Shown: positions 19,140 to 29,017, counted from the first letter of the stretch. The stretch: 64,000 bases of DNA from Vicinamibacterales bacterium (GCA_965206285.1 OZ242205.1:6620259-6684258), one strand, 5' to 3'. The notes: generated from the sequence alone by a model not told the origin. Numbers and translations are program-made.

Positions 19140-19817
19140 ATGTCCACGCACTCCGTCAGGCGCCACCTGCGGGTCGAGACCGCGGCCTACGACGCGGTGA
19201 TCCGCCGGTTCATTCCCGGCTACGAGACGATGATCGAGGTCGTCGCGGGGGCGCTTGCCGCTTCCGGTCCGGACCAGGTGATCGATCTCGGGGCCGGCAC
19301 CGGTGCGCTGTCCGAGGCGATTCTCGCGCACGGCGGCGCGCAGACGGTGGAGCTGATCGACGTGGATGCGGAGATGCTCGAGCAGGCCCGCCGGCGGCTC
19401 GAACGGTTCGGGGCACGGGTTCGCGTGCGGGAGATGTCGTTTCTGGCCCCGCTGCCGGGATGCGACGGCGCGGCGGCGTCGTTGGCGCTGCACCACATCC
19501 CCGCGATGGACGAGAAGCGGGCTCTGTACCGGCGGATTCGCGCCGCGATCCGGCCGGGCGGCGTCTTCGTGAACGGCGATGCGACGATGCCGGCGGACCC
19601 GGCGGGGCGGGAGGCCACCTACCGCGTCTGGGCCGAGCACATGATGGCGTGCGGCATCGACGAGGCGCGGGCGTTCGAGCACTTCGACGAATGGGCGGAC
19701 GAGGACACCTACTTTCCCCTCGACGAGGAGCTGGCGGCGATGCGGGCGGCGGGCTTCGACGCCGAATGCATCTGGCAGGAGGGTGCGATAGCCGTCGTGG
19801 TGGGACGGACCGCATGA
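19140..19817 (+). CDS. class I SAM-dependent methyltransferase
   Basis: Motif I VIDLGAGTGAL, motif post-I LIDVDAEM, GGVFVNGD. 225 aa. Confidence 0.85.
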   Translation: MSTHSVRRHLRVETAAYDAVIRRFIPGYETMIEVVAGALAASGPDQVIDLGAGTGALSEAILAHGGAQTVELIDVDAEMLEQARRRLERFGARVRVREMSFLAPLPGCDGAAASLALHHIPAMDEKRALYRRIRAAIRPGGVFVNGDATMPADPAGREATYRVWAEHMMACGIDEARAFEHFDEWADEDTYFPLDEELAAMRAAGFDAECIWQEGAIAVVVGRTA

Positions 19818-19896
19818 GCGCGCGCCGCCCGCGCGCCATGCCCGCACCCGTCGCGGCCCGGTTCGCGGCGGTGCGGGATGCGGTAGGATCTGCGGC

Positions 19897-20361
19897 ATGA
19901 TGAAATTGATGACGCCACGCATATTGATTGTCGCTACCGCGTTTGGAGCCTGCTCGCTGGCCTTCGCCGACGGTGCGAGCGGCCAGGTGACGATACCCGC
20001 GCCCGACGACGTCGCGGCCGCGCCGGCCGAGGCCGAATCCACCGCCTCCGGGCTGGCCTCCCGGGTGTTGCAGGCAGGGACGGGCAGCGCGAACCCGGGT
20101 CCGACCAGCAACGTGACCGTGCACTACACCGGTTGGACCCCCGATGGCCGCATGTTCGACAGCTCGGTCGCCCGGGGCGCCCCCGCGACGTTCCCCCTCG
20201 ACCGGGTTATCCGGGGCTGGACCGAAGGCGTGCAACTGATGGTGGTCGGCGAGAAGCGCAGATTCTGGATTCCCGCCAACCTCGCCTACGGCAACAACCC
20301 GGGCGGCGGCCGGCCGGGCGGCCTGCTGGTGTTCGACGTCGAGCTTCTGGCCATCCGCTAG
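19897..20361 (+). CDS. secreted FKBP-type peptidyl-prolyl cis-trans isomerase
   Basis: Signal peptide. VHYTGWTPDGRMFDSS, IRGWTEGVQLMVVGEKRRFWIPANLAYG, LVFDVELL. Confidence 0.9.
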   Translation: MMKLMTPRILIVATAFGACSLAFADGASGQVTIPAPDDVAAAPAEAESTASGLASRVLQAGTGSANPGPTSNVTVHYTGWTPDGRMFDSSVARGAPATFPLDRVIRGWTEGVQLMVVGEKRRFWIPANLAYGNNPGGGRPGGLLVFDVELLAIR

Positions 20362-20371
20362 GAGCTTGCGC

Positions 20372-20405
20372 CGTCGGGAGTTTCGCGTCAGCGAAACTCC
20401 CGACG
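20372..20405 (+). terminator. perfect 15-bp hairpin after the FKBP gene
   Basis: cgtcgggagtttcgc-gtca-gcgaaactcccgacg, starting 11 nt after the stop. Confidence 0.55.
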
Positions 20406-20532
20406 CGACCGCAAAATCGCGCCAGACCGGGAATCAGCGCCTGCGGCTCCGCTTGCCGCCCAACCAACCCTGCCGGGACTCTGCATCGTTTCCACGGGCA
20501 GAGCCCCGAGGGTTTCGGGAGAGAGAGGTTCC

Positions 20533-22236
20533 ATGGCCCGTCGACTCACATTCGCTTCGGCGTTGATCGCCGTCGTGCTCTCCGCCGCGGCCGCGGCGGC
20601 GCAGGTCGAGAGCTACACGCCGGTGACCGACGCGATGCTGCAGAACCCGGATCCGGCCGACTGGCTGAGCTGGCGGCGCACCCTCGACGGTCAGGCGCAC
20701 AGCCCCCTCGATCAGATCGACACCGGCAACGTCGGCGAGCTGCGGCTGGTCTGGAGCTGGGCGTTACGCCCGGGGTCGCAGCAGACGACCCCCCTGGTGC
20801 ACGACGGGGTGCTGTACATCGCGAATCCCGGCGAGATCGTGCAGGCGCTGGACGCCGCCTCCGGCGATCTGATCTGGGAGTACGAGCGGGGCGCCGAGGA
20901 GCCCGGCAACAGCTTCGGGGGACCGCCCCCTGGCCGCATGCACCGGAACATCTCGATGCACGACGACAAGATCTTCCTGAACACGGCCGATGCGCACGTG
21001 GTGGCGATCGACGCGCGCACCGGCGAGGAGGTCTGGGACGCGGACATCGACCAGGGGGTCGGCTACCAGTTCTCGAGCGGGTCGATCGTCGCCGACGGCA
21101 AGGTGGTGTCGGGGCTGACCGGATGCGGTCGCTATCGCGAGGAGAGCTGCTACATCGTCGGCCTCGACGCCGACACCGGGGAAGAGCTGTGGCGCACCTC
21201 GACCGTCGCCCTGCCGGGCCAGCGCGGCGGCGATACGTGGGGCGACCTGCCGCCGATGTTCCGGGCCGGCAGCGACTCGTGGATCCCCGGCAGCTACGAC
21301 CCGGTGACCCGGACCCTGTTCCACGGCACGTCGCAGGCCAAGCCGTGGGCCCGCGCCGTCCGCGGCACCGACGGAGATGCCCTGTACACCAACTCCACGC
21401 TGGCCCTCGACCCCGACACGGGGGAGATGAAGTGGTACTACCAGCACCTGCCGGGCGAGACCCTCGACATGGACGAGGTGTTCGAGCGCATCCTCGTCGA
21501 CTACGACGACCGGCGCTCGGTCTTCACCATGGGCAAGATCGGCGTCCTGTGGGAGATGGCCCTCGAGACCGGACGGTTCCGCAGCGCCCACGATCTCGGG
21601 TACCAGACGGTGGCGGACATCGATTCGGTGACCGGCCAGGTGACCTATCGCGACGGCACCATTCCGGTGATCGGCGAGGAGATCTACTGGTGCCCCAGCA
21701 CCGCGGGGTTCAAGAGCTGGCGCGCGATGTCCTATCACCCCGGGCTCGAGGCGTTCTTCATCCCCATCCACCTGAATTGCGAGACGGCGGTCTTCGGGCC
21801 GGTCGACCGGGTGGCCGGCGGCGGCGGCACGGGGCCGGTGCGCCGCACCAACCACCACCATCCCGACAGCGGCGAGCAGCTCGGCGAGTTCCTGGCGATG
21901 AGCATGCGCACCGGCGAGGTCATGTGGCGCCGCCGCTTCCGCACCCCCATCAACAGCGCCGCCCTCACCACCGGAGGGGGTCTGGCCATCGCCGGCGGCT
22001 GGGACCGCCAGGCGTTCGCGTTCGACGCGCGCACCGGGGAGACTCTGTGGGAGACCCGGCTGCCGACGTCGGTACAGGGATTTCCGATCACCTACGCGGT
22101 CGACGGGCGGCAGTATCTGGCGATACCGACCGGGATCGGCGGGGCGAGCTGGGGCGGCATGCTGCCCGCGGATCTGACGCCCGAGGTCCGGCGCCCCTTG
22201 GGGGGCAACGGCCTCTTCGTGTTCGCGCTGCCTTGA
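20533..22236 (+). CDS. PQQ-dependent dehydrogenase (quinoprotein alcohol-dehydrogenase-like), paralog 1
   Basis: 567 aa with signal peptide. N-terminal DAMLQNPDPADWLSWRRTLDGQAHSPLDQI typical of PQQ-ADH family. Eight-blade W-motif repeats (GDLIWEY, GEEVWDA, GEELWRT, GEMKWYYQH, GEVMWRR, GETLWET). Confidence 0.88.
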   Translation: MARRLTFASALIAVVLSAAAAAAQVESYTPVTDAMLQNPDPADWLSWRRTLDGQAHSPLDQIDTGNVGELRLVWSWALRPGSQQTTPLVHDGVLYIANPGEIVQALDAASGDLIWEYERGAEEPGNSFGGPPPGRMHRNISMHDDKIFLNTADAHVVAIDARTGEEVWDADIDQGVGYQFSSGSIVADGKVVSGLTGCGRYREESCYIVGLDADTGEELWRTSTVALPGQRGGDTWGDLPPMFRAGSDSWIPGSYDPVTRTLFHGTSQAKPWARAVRGTDGDALYTNSTLALDPDTGEMKWYYQHLPGETLDMDEVFERILVDYDDRRSVFTMGKIGVLWEMALETGRFRSAHDLGYQTVADIDSVTGQVTYRDGTIPVIGEEIYWCPSTAGFKSWRAMSYHPGLEAFFIPIHLNCETAVFGPVDRVAGGGGTGPVRRTNHHHPDSGEQLGEFLAMSMRTGEVMWRRRFRTPINSAALTTGGGLAIAGGWDRQAFAFDARTGETLWETRLPTSVQGFPITYAVDGRQYLAIPTGIGGASWGGMLPADLTPEVRRPLGGNGLFVFALP

Positions 22237-22381
22237 CATCTCTCGGCCGCCTCGTCCGAACCCGCCGCGCCAGGAGGGCACACCGACGGCGGCGTCCAGG
22301 GGGCGTCGTCGACCAGCAGGGTGCGCGGCGGGTCGGCCTCAGCAGCTCGGAGTACGGCCGGGACTGGCCGCCTGAGCGACA

Positions 22382-22816
22382 TCAATCGTGATCATCGGCA
22401 CGGACGCCGCGGACGGTCAGCCCGCGTGAAATGGCCGCGGTGGCTTGACGCTCGTCGTGCGTCCAGAACTCCAGTGGTTCCCCGTCGGCTGCAGCGGCCA
22501 GCAGCTCCGCCGTTGCTACGTGGATGGCATCGATCGCGCGGAGATTGACCGCGAACGAGCTCTTCGCCTGGTCGATGACCGTGCCGTCCACGGGCGCGAG
22601 ATCCGTCATCGCAAGCAGCTCGGTCAGCTCCTTGCGCTTGATGGCCGTCTCGGCATCGCTCAGGCGGCCGAGCAGCCGCTCACGATCAACGGCCCGGACC
22701 GCTTCGACCTCGATGAGTTGGGAGGACACCACATGGTCGCCGGCCAGCAGCGGCACCGACGGCCCGGGCTCAACGAACAGGACTCGGAGCACTGCGCTTG
22801 CGTCGACGTACTTCAC
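22382..22816 (-). CDS. vapC: type II toxin VapC (PIN domain)
   Basis: 144 aa with GTG start. PIN acidic residues YVDASAV, LIEVEAV, RAIDAIHVA, WTHDERQ. Confidence 0.8.
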   Translation of the reverse strand: MKYVDASAVLRVLFVEPGPSVPLLAGDHVVSSQLIEVEAVRAVDRERLLGRLSDAETAIKRKELTELLAMTDLAPVDGTVIDQAKSSFAVNLRAIDAIHVATAELLAAAADGEPLEFWTHDERQATAAISRGLTVRGVRADDHD

Positions 22817-23093
22817 CTGGATCCTCGCGGACGGCGCGGAGCGACGACTGGATATCCACGTGCCGCTCGATGGTGGATATCTTCAGAGCGCCCCAGTCCT
22901 GAGTCCCGCGCCGGAGCCGGCCCTCGCGCACCAGGCGGTCACGCCAGGAAAGCGGCTCCCCGTGAGCGGGCCCCAACTCGGCAATCGGGCCGTCCCGATC
23001 TCTGACGGTTATCCTCTCCCCACGGGAAGCCTGCCGCAGATACCGGCTCAAGTGGGACTTGAGCTCCGTGACCTTGATGGACTGCATGGCCAC
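22770..23093 (-). CDS. vapB: Phd/YefM-type antitoxin (VapB-like)
   Basis: MQSIKVTELKSHLSRYLRQASRGERITVRDRDGPIAEL is a typical Phd/YefM N-terminus. Its 3' end overlaps vapC by 47 nt. Confidence 0.7.
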   Translation of the reverse strand: MAMQSIKVTELKSHLSRYLRQASRGERITVRDRDGPIAELGPAHGEPLSWRDRLVREGRLRRGTQDWGALKISTIERHVDIQSSLRAVREDPGEVRRRKRSAPSPVR

Positions 23094-23117
23094 ATTTTAG
23101 GGCCATCATGGTCTTGA

Positions 23118-23378
23118 TCACCAAGGACGGAGGGCGGCCGCTCGACCGGTCTCGAGTGCGAGATGGGGTCTCACCCTTGGTTGATGGCATTCTCCCGTTC
23201 CCCCCGCTGAGATCTCCAGTCGTTCCGCCGTCAGCACGGCCGGTGCCGACGCCGTGGCAAGCCAGGTCACGGCGGCTGACAACGCGAGCCCGAGGACCGC
23301 AATCGCACTCCATAGAAACGTCAACTGGCGCCGAAACCGGAGCGGGCCGCTCGCCCCCGTCTGGTCTTGAGACTCCAT
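23118..23378 (-). CDS. possible small single-TM protein
   Basis: 86-aa tail of a long junk ORF, starting at an ATG. Hydrophobic helix LTFLWSAIAVLGLALSAAVTWLA. No homolog recognised and GC3 is only moderate. Confidence 0.25.
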   Translation of the reverse strand: MESQDQTGASGPLRFRRQLTFLWSAIAVLGLALSAAVTWLATASAPAVLTAERLEISAGGTGECHQPRVRPHLALETGRAAALRPW

Positions 23379-23552
23379 CAGCCGCGGTCTGCGCACGGGG
23401 GTGCCCGCGCTTGCCCCTTGCCGCAGCATGCCGTCGCATGCGATCTTCAAGGATGACCGTGCTGCACCGGGCTTGGCTCGGCGTTGCCGCGACAGTGGCA
23501 CTCGCCGGAGAGGCGAGCAGGTTGGCGGAAGCCCAACGGAACGGAGGCTGAC

Positions 23553-25319
23553 ATGCACCCCAGGTATCTCATTGCGCGAGGCGTTCCCGTCATCGTCGCG
23601 GCCCTGTCGATGCTGCCGCTGGCGCCGGCCCCCGCCGGTGCGCAGGCCGAGTCCCCCGCGTCGTTCGTCCCCGTCACCGACGCGATGCTCCAGGATCCGG
23701 CGCCGGGCGACTGGCTGACGTGGCGCCGCACGCCGGACGGCTGGGGCTACAGCCCGCTCGAGCAGATCGACACGGACAACGTCGGCGAGCTGCGCCTGGT
23801 CTGGTCCCGCGCGCTGGCCGCCGGCAGCCAGGAAGGGACGCCGCTGGCCTACGGCGGCGTCCTGTACATGCCGAACCCGAGCGACGTCATCCAGGCCATC
23901 GACGCGGTGACGGGCGACCTGCGGTGGGAGTATCGCCGCGACCTGCCGGGCGACATCGACGATTACGTCAACGGGTCGATGACCAACCGGAACATCGCCA
24001 TCTACGGGAACCGCATCATCGACACCAGCGCCGACAACTACCTGTACGCGCTCGACGCCGAGACCGGGCGGCTGGCCTGGGAGACGCAGATCCTCGACTA
24101 CCTGGTGAACCCCGCCCGGCACTCCTCGGGTCCGATCGTCGCCGGCGGCAAGGCGGTCTCCGGCCGAAGCTGCCGGCCGCACGGCGGGCCGGAAGCCTGC
24201 GTCATCACCGCCCACGACGCGACGACCGGCGACGAGGTCTGGCGGCGGCGCCTGGTGCCGGCGCCGGGCGAGCCGGGCGACGAGACCTGGGGCGGCGTTC
24301 CCTACGAAGAACGCGTGCACGTCGGGTCGTGGATGGCGCCCAGCTACGACCCGGAGCTGAACCTGGTCTACGTCGGGACGTCGGTCACGTCCCCGGCGCC
24401 CAAGTTCCTCCTCGGCGGCATCGAGAGCAACTACCTGTACCACAACTCGACGCTGGCCCTCGACGGCGACACCGGCGAGATCGTGTGGTACTACCAGCAC
24501 CTGAACGACCACTGGGATCTCGATCACCCCTTCGAGCGGCTGCTGGTGGACACCGCGGTGGCGCCGGACCCGGCGGCGGTGAGCTGGATCAACCCGCGGC
24601 TCGACCGCGGCGAGATGCGCAAGGTGCTGACCGGCATCCCGGGCAAGACCGGCGTCGTCTACACGCTGGACCGGGAGACGGGCGAGTTCCTGTGGGCGCG
24701 GCCGACGGTGACGCAGAACGTCATCAGCGCCATCGACGGCGCGACCGGCGAGGTGACGGAGAACGCGGAGCTCGTCTTCACGGCCGAGGGGCAGGAGGTG
24801 CTGACCTGCCCGACCTGGTTCGGCGGCAAGGACTGGGAGGCCGGCGCCTACAGCCCGCGGACCAACGCCATGTACATGCCGCTGCGCAACACCTGCGCCC
24901 GCATGCTCGCCACGCGCGAGGCGCGCATCCACTACGCGCTCGCGCTGCGCCACCAGCTCGCGCCGGGGACGGACCAGCTCGGCACGATCCAGGCGATCTC
25001 GGCCGAGACCGGCGCCACGGAGTGGCTCTACGAGCAGCGTGCGGCGACGATGTCTCTGGTTGCGACCGGCGGTGGGCTGGTGTTCGGGGGCGACGTGAAC
25101 GGGAGGTTCCGGGCCTTCGACGACGAGACAGGCGACGTGCTGTGGGAGATCAATCTCGGCTCGTCGGTCACCGGCTTTCCGATCACCTACGCAGTGGACG
25201 GCCGGCAATACGTCGCGGTGAGCACCGGAACGGCGGGCACCGCGTCGGGCTTCATGCGCCTGACGCCGGAGTTGCGGCCGAGCGCCGGCAACAACCTGTT
25301 CGTGTTCGCGCTACCTTAA
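23553..25319 (+). CDS. PQQ-dependent dehydrogenase (quinoprotein alcohol-dehydrogenase-like), paralog 2
   Basis: 588 aa with signal peptide. DAMLQDPAPGDWLTWRRTPDGWGYSPLEQI, W-motif blades, and the same C-terminal ...GFPITYAVDGRQY...NLFVFALP as paralog 1. Confidence 0.88.
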   Translation: MHPRYLIARGVPVIVAALSMLPLAPAPAGAQAESPASFVPVTDAMLQDPAPGDWLTWRRTPDGWGYSPLEQIDTDNVGELRLVWSRALAAGSQEGTPLAYGGVLYMPNPSDVIQAIDAVTGDLRWEYRRDLPGDIDDYVNGSMTNRNIAIYGNRIIDTSADNYLYALDAETGRLAWETQILDYLVNPARHSSGPIVAGGKAVSGRSCRPHGGPEACVITAHDATTGDEVWRRRLVPAPGEPGDETWGGVPYEERVHVGSWMAPSYDPELNLVYVGTSVTSPAPKFLLGGIESNYLYHNSTLALDGDTGEIVWYYQHLNDHWDLDHPFERLLVDTAVAPDPAAVSWINPRLDRGEMRKVLTGIPGKTGVVYTLDRETGEFLWARPTVTQNVISAIDGATGEVTENAELVFTAEGQEVLTCPTWFGGKDWEAGAYSPRTNAMYMPLRNTCARMLATREARIHYALALRHQLAPGTDQLGTIQAISAETGATEWLYEQRAATMSLVATGGGLVFGGDVNGRFRAFDDETGDVLWEINLGSSVTGFPITYAVDGRQYVAVSTGTAGTASGFMRLTPELRPSAGNNLFVFALP

Positions 25320-25340
25320 CGCTGGCGCTGGTCCGTGGCG

Positions 25341-25366
25341 GTCCGCATCTGTCCAAACATGCGGAC
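25341..25366 (+). terminator. hairpin after PQQ-dehydrogenase 2 / left edge of the island
   Basis: gtccgcat-ctgtccaaac-atgcggac, a perfect 8-bp stem 22 nt after the stop. Confidence 0.35.
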
Positions 25367-25498
25367 TCGAAAGCGTAAATTCCGGAAATAAACCATCTTT
25401 GGGGTCCGTGTCAGTCCGCGGCGGTCCGCTCCAATCCGGGGCCTGATTGTGGGCGTCACCGTGGGTGTACGATTTTCGGTCGAAAGGGGGCTGATTCA

Positions 25499-26647
25499 AT
25501 GGAAAGACTGACAGCCAAGCGGGCCGAGGCGCTGCGGAAGCCGGGCCGGTATCAGGCGGGCGACACGGTGTACCTGGTCGTGGCCAAGGGCCGGACGGGC
25601 AGGGTAAACAAGCGATGGGTTCAACGGCTTCACGTCCAAGGGAAGCGGCGCGATATCAGCATCGGCACGTACCCGGCCGTCACGCCGTCCGAGGCTCGGG
25701 AGCGGGCGCACGACAACCGCCTGACGGCGAAGCGGGGCGGCGACCCGTCCGGGCGTGCGTCGACCGTGCCGACGTTCGCGGACGTGTCCGCCAAGGTCGA
25801 CCAAGGGGGCCAGTGGCGCGGCCGGACCCGAGAGACGCGGCGGCGGACCCTGGCGCGGTACGCGGCGCGTCTCATGGGTCGACCCGTAGACGAGATCGAC
25901 CGGGCGGCCGTGCTCTCGGTGCTCGGGCCGGTCTACCGCGACAAGCCCGCGATCGGAAGGCTCTTGCGCGGTTGGGTCCGGGGCGTGCTCGCCGCGGCGC
26001 AAGCCCTCGGACATGTCGACGTGAACGCGGCGGGCGAAGTGATCGACGCGGCATTGCCGAAGACCCCGAAGACCCGAGAGCATCGGCGGGCGTTGCCGTA
26101 CGCGGACGTTCCCGCGGCGCTGGAGTCGGTCGAGGCGTCCGGGGCCGGTCCGGTCGTCAAGGCGGCGATCAGCTTCACGGCGCTGACGGCGGTACGGTCC
26201 AGCGAGGCTCGCGGGGCGACGTGGGGCGAGGGTCGACCTTGAGGCGCGGGAGTGGCGCGTACCGGCATCGCGGATGAAGAAGGCCGGGGCGGAACGTGGT
26301 CGGATGCGGCTGTGGGCGTGCTGGAGGGCATGAAGGCGCATTCTGACGGCGCGGCCGATTCGCTGATCTTCCCTGGCGTGGGCGGGCGGCCGCTCAACGG
26401 CGACACCTTGATCAAGGCGCTGCGGAGAGCGACGGGGACGGATGCGGACGTTCACGGCCGGTCGAGTTTCCGCACGTGGGCTGCGGAGCGGTCCGGGGCG
26501 ACAAGGGACGTGGCGGAGATGGCCCTTGCACACGTGGTCGGCGGGGCTGTCGAGCGGAGTTACGCGCGAAGCGATCTGTTCGACCAGCGGCGCGGGCTGA
26601 TGGACCGATGGGCCGCGTTCGTGACCGGCCCCGTGCCTACCCGGTAA
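25499..26647 (+). pseudogene. P4-type tyrosine integrase, frameshifted
   Basis: The N-terminal DUF4102-like part (LTAKRAEALRKPGRYQAGDTVYLVV...) ends at 26242. The catalytic C-terminus (HGRSSFRTWAAE...ALAHVVGG.VERSYARSDLFDQRR) continues in another frame (26252-26647). The junction ...ATWGE/VDLEAREWRVPASRMK is out of frame. Confidence 0.8.
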
Positions 26648-26689
26648 CACGCCTCCCGGTCGCCGCAAACGAACGCTCCCGCTGGTCGC

Positions 26690-27611
26690 CCAGGGCCGGC
26701 GGCGGCGTGCAGCCGTACGGCGCAGAAACCCGAGTCACCGCTAAGTGCGTTGCCGCGCTCCGCTCGTCGGGTCCGGTCCGCTCGTACTGCGGCGGCCGGT
26801 ACGCGCGCGGCCGCCTCGCGCGCATCGGCAGCCGGGCGGTCTCCCAGGTGACCAGCGCCGACGTGGCTGGAGATCCTGACGCCGATCTGGCCCGTTGAAG
26901 GTCCAGACGGCCGGGTGCGTGCGCCAGCGCATCAGCGCGTTGATGGAGTGGGCCATCACGATGAGCCTGCGCTCGGATAGTCTGTGCGACCGGCTCGGGC
27001 CGGTGCTCGGCAAGCAGAACGAGGTCGTGAGTCACATGCGGGCGCTGCCGCATCGGAACGTGGCGGCGGCGATCGCGAGGGTGCGGGCTTCGAACGCGGC
27101 CAAGGTCGTGAAGCTGGCGTTCGCGAGTTCGTGGCCCTGGCGGTGGCGCGGTGCAGCGAGGTACGCGGTGCACTATGGGACGAGATGGACACGTCGGCCC
27201 CCAAGTGTCGACCGTTCCGGCGCCGCGGATGAAGGTGAACCGCGAGCACCGGATCCCGCTATCGCCGGCGTGCTCCGGACATCCTGGACGCGGCGCGGAC
27301 GCTCGGCGCTGGCGCCGGCGCTCTCGTGTTCACGCTCGGCGACGGGGCGATGCTCGACGAGAAGGTGATTCGCCGGCCGCTGGAGCGGCTTGGAGTCCCG
27401 ACCGTGCCGCACGGCTTCCGGTCGTCGTTCTGGGACTGGGCGGCCGAGGGAGACGGATCACCGTCGGGAGGTCATCGAGGCGGCGCTGGCTCACGCGGTT
27501 CAGAACAAGGTTGAGGCCGCCTACGCGCGTGGTCGGCCTGTTCGGCCGTCGTTGGCGGCTTTGGACGAGTGGTCGGCGTACCTGGCTCCCGAACGCGGGA
27601 GGGCCGGTTGA
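26690..27611 (+). pseudogene. second P4-type integrase, N-terminally truncated and multiply frameshifted
   Basis: Integrase blocks are spread over three frames: IGSRAVSQVTSADV, VRQRISALMEWAITMSLRSD, HMRALPHRNVAAAIARVRAS, LAVARCSEVRGALWDEMD, MKVNREHRIPLSPA, HGFRSSFWDWAAE, ALAHAVQNKVEAAYARG. Confidence 0.7.
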
Positions 27612-27663
27612 GTCTAGTCATCCTCGCGGCCGTGCGGCAACATTGGAGAGAGGGCGCAGGAGA

Positions 27664-29017
27664 ATGACCCCGAGCTTCTACGTCAACGGCCATAGCTCGG
27701 ACGGCCACGGGACATCGAGCCGCACCACCGTTCATCGAGCCGATTGCTCGTGGGCGCTGCGCTACGGGGACAGCCCGAAATGGAGGGCCTTCGAGACCAT
27801 CAAGGAGGCCATCGCCTGGGGCGAGAGAACGCCGTTCCCGCTCAACTTCTGCGGGCAGTGCCTGCCGTTACGACGCCGAGAAGGGGAGTCGTTCGGGTCG
27901 AGAAGAAGAACTGTCCAGAGTGCAGATGCACTAGCCGGACCGGCGTCACCCCCGCCGTCAGGACCGGGTCCGTCCCACGGGAATCATCCCAACCCCGCCG
28001 CCGCCCCCCGCAGGGTGTCGATCCGCATCCCCCAGCACAGCTCCCCGGCCTTCAGGCGTGTCGGTTTGGCGTCGTTGCTGTTCGCCATCGCCCGGCCGCG
28101 GGACGCGAGAGCGGCAACGCTCCGACGGACGGCCATCAGGCTGACGATGTCCTCCGGGCCGCGGGAGATCCCGATGCGGAACATCCGTGCGGTCTCGCTG
28201 CAACGGCAATGGCCCTGGGCCGGCGTTCGCATCCGCACCGCCGGCGGCGACACCGTCGTGTCAGGACTCCGGCGCCGCGAGGCGGCTACGCTGGCCGCTG
28301 CGGCCGAGGAAGCGCGAATCACTTGGTGGCGTGAATTCCTGGTGGAACATGCGGACGCGCTGCGCGCCATCGATGTCCGACTGGCCGACCTGGAGGCGCC
28401 GCAGTCCTCCGTGCGCTCCCGCGCCTTCTCGTCGCTGGTCGAGGACGTACGGCGGGAGTCAACGTCGTTGCCGGACTGGTGGCCGGAGCAGCTCGAGGCC
28501 GAACCCGTCGCGAGGGCGGTGAAGCGCATCCGCGCGTTGCTGTCCAACCCGGAGGCGGCGCGTGAACGGGCGAACCAAATCTTCGCAATCGGTCGAATCG
28601 ACGCTCGGCTGAGCGAGCTCAAGGCACCAGAGAGCTACGTGCGGCACCGCGCGTTTGCGGCGCTCGTCAAGAAGGCCAAACGGGTGCCCTCGTCATTGCG
28701 AAAGTGGTACCCAGAGCAGGTGGACCCTGAACCCACCGTACAGGCACTGAACCGGGTCCGGTCATTCCTATCGGAGCCGGAAGCGGCGCGAAAGCGGGCG
28801 AACGAGACCTTCCTGGTCGGCGAACTTGAGCGCTCCCGCGGTTTCTTGGACTGCGTGGAAGAGCTTCCCCTTACGGAAGAGCAGCGCCGGGCCGTGTGCG
28901 TGGACGACGACCGCAATCTGGTGGTCGCTGCCGCCGGCAGCGGCAAGACGTCGATCATGGTGGCGAAAGCCGGCTGGATCGTCGAACGCGGCGACCGGCA
29001 GCCGGAGGACCTGTTGC
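27664..29017 (+). pseudogene. helD: helicase IV (HelD)-like gene, segment 1 (N-terminal region to Walker A), cut by IS21-family element
   Basis: ...PLTEEQRRAVCVDDDRNLVVAAAGSGKTSIMVAKAGWIVERGDRQPEDLLL matches E. coli HelD ...PLNPAQARAVVNGEHSLLVLAGAGSGKTSVLVARAGWLLARGEASPEQILLLAFG. The ORF leaves the helicase frame at the IS boundary. Confidence 0.8.

Noticed and set aside
25320-25498. Expected tRNA/tmRNA attachment site next to the P4-type integrase.
   Set aside because: I could not fold any cloverleaf, and there is no GGTTCGAATCC-type T-arm or acceptor/CCA context. Only a hairpin and short direct repeats are present. This needs tRNAscan-SE to be sure.
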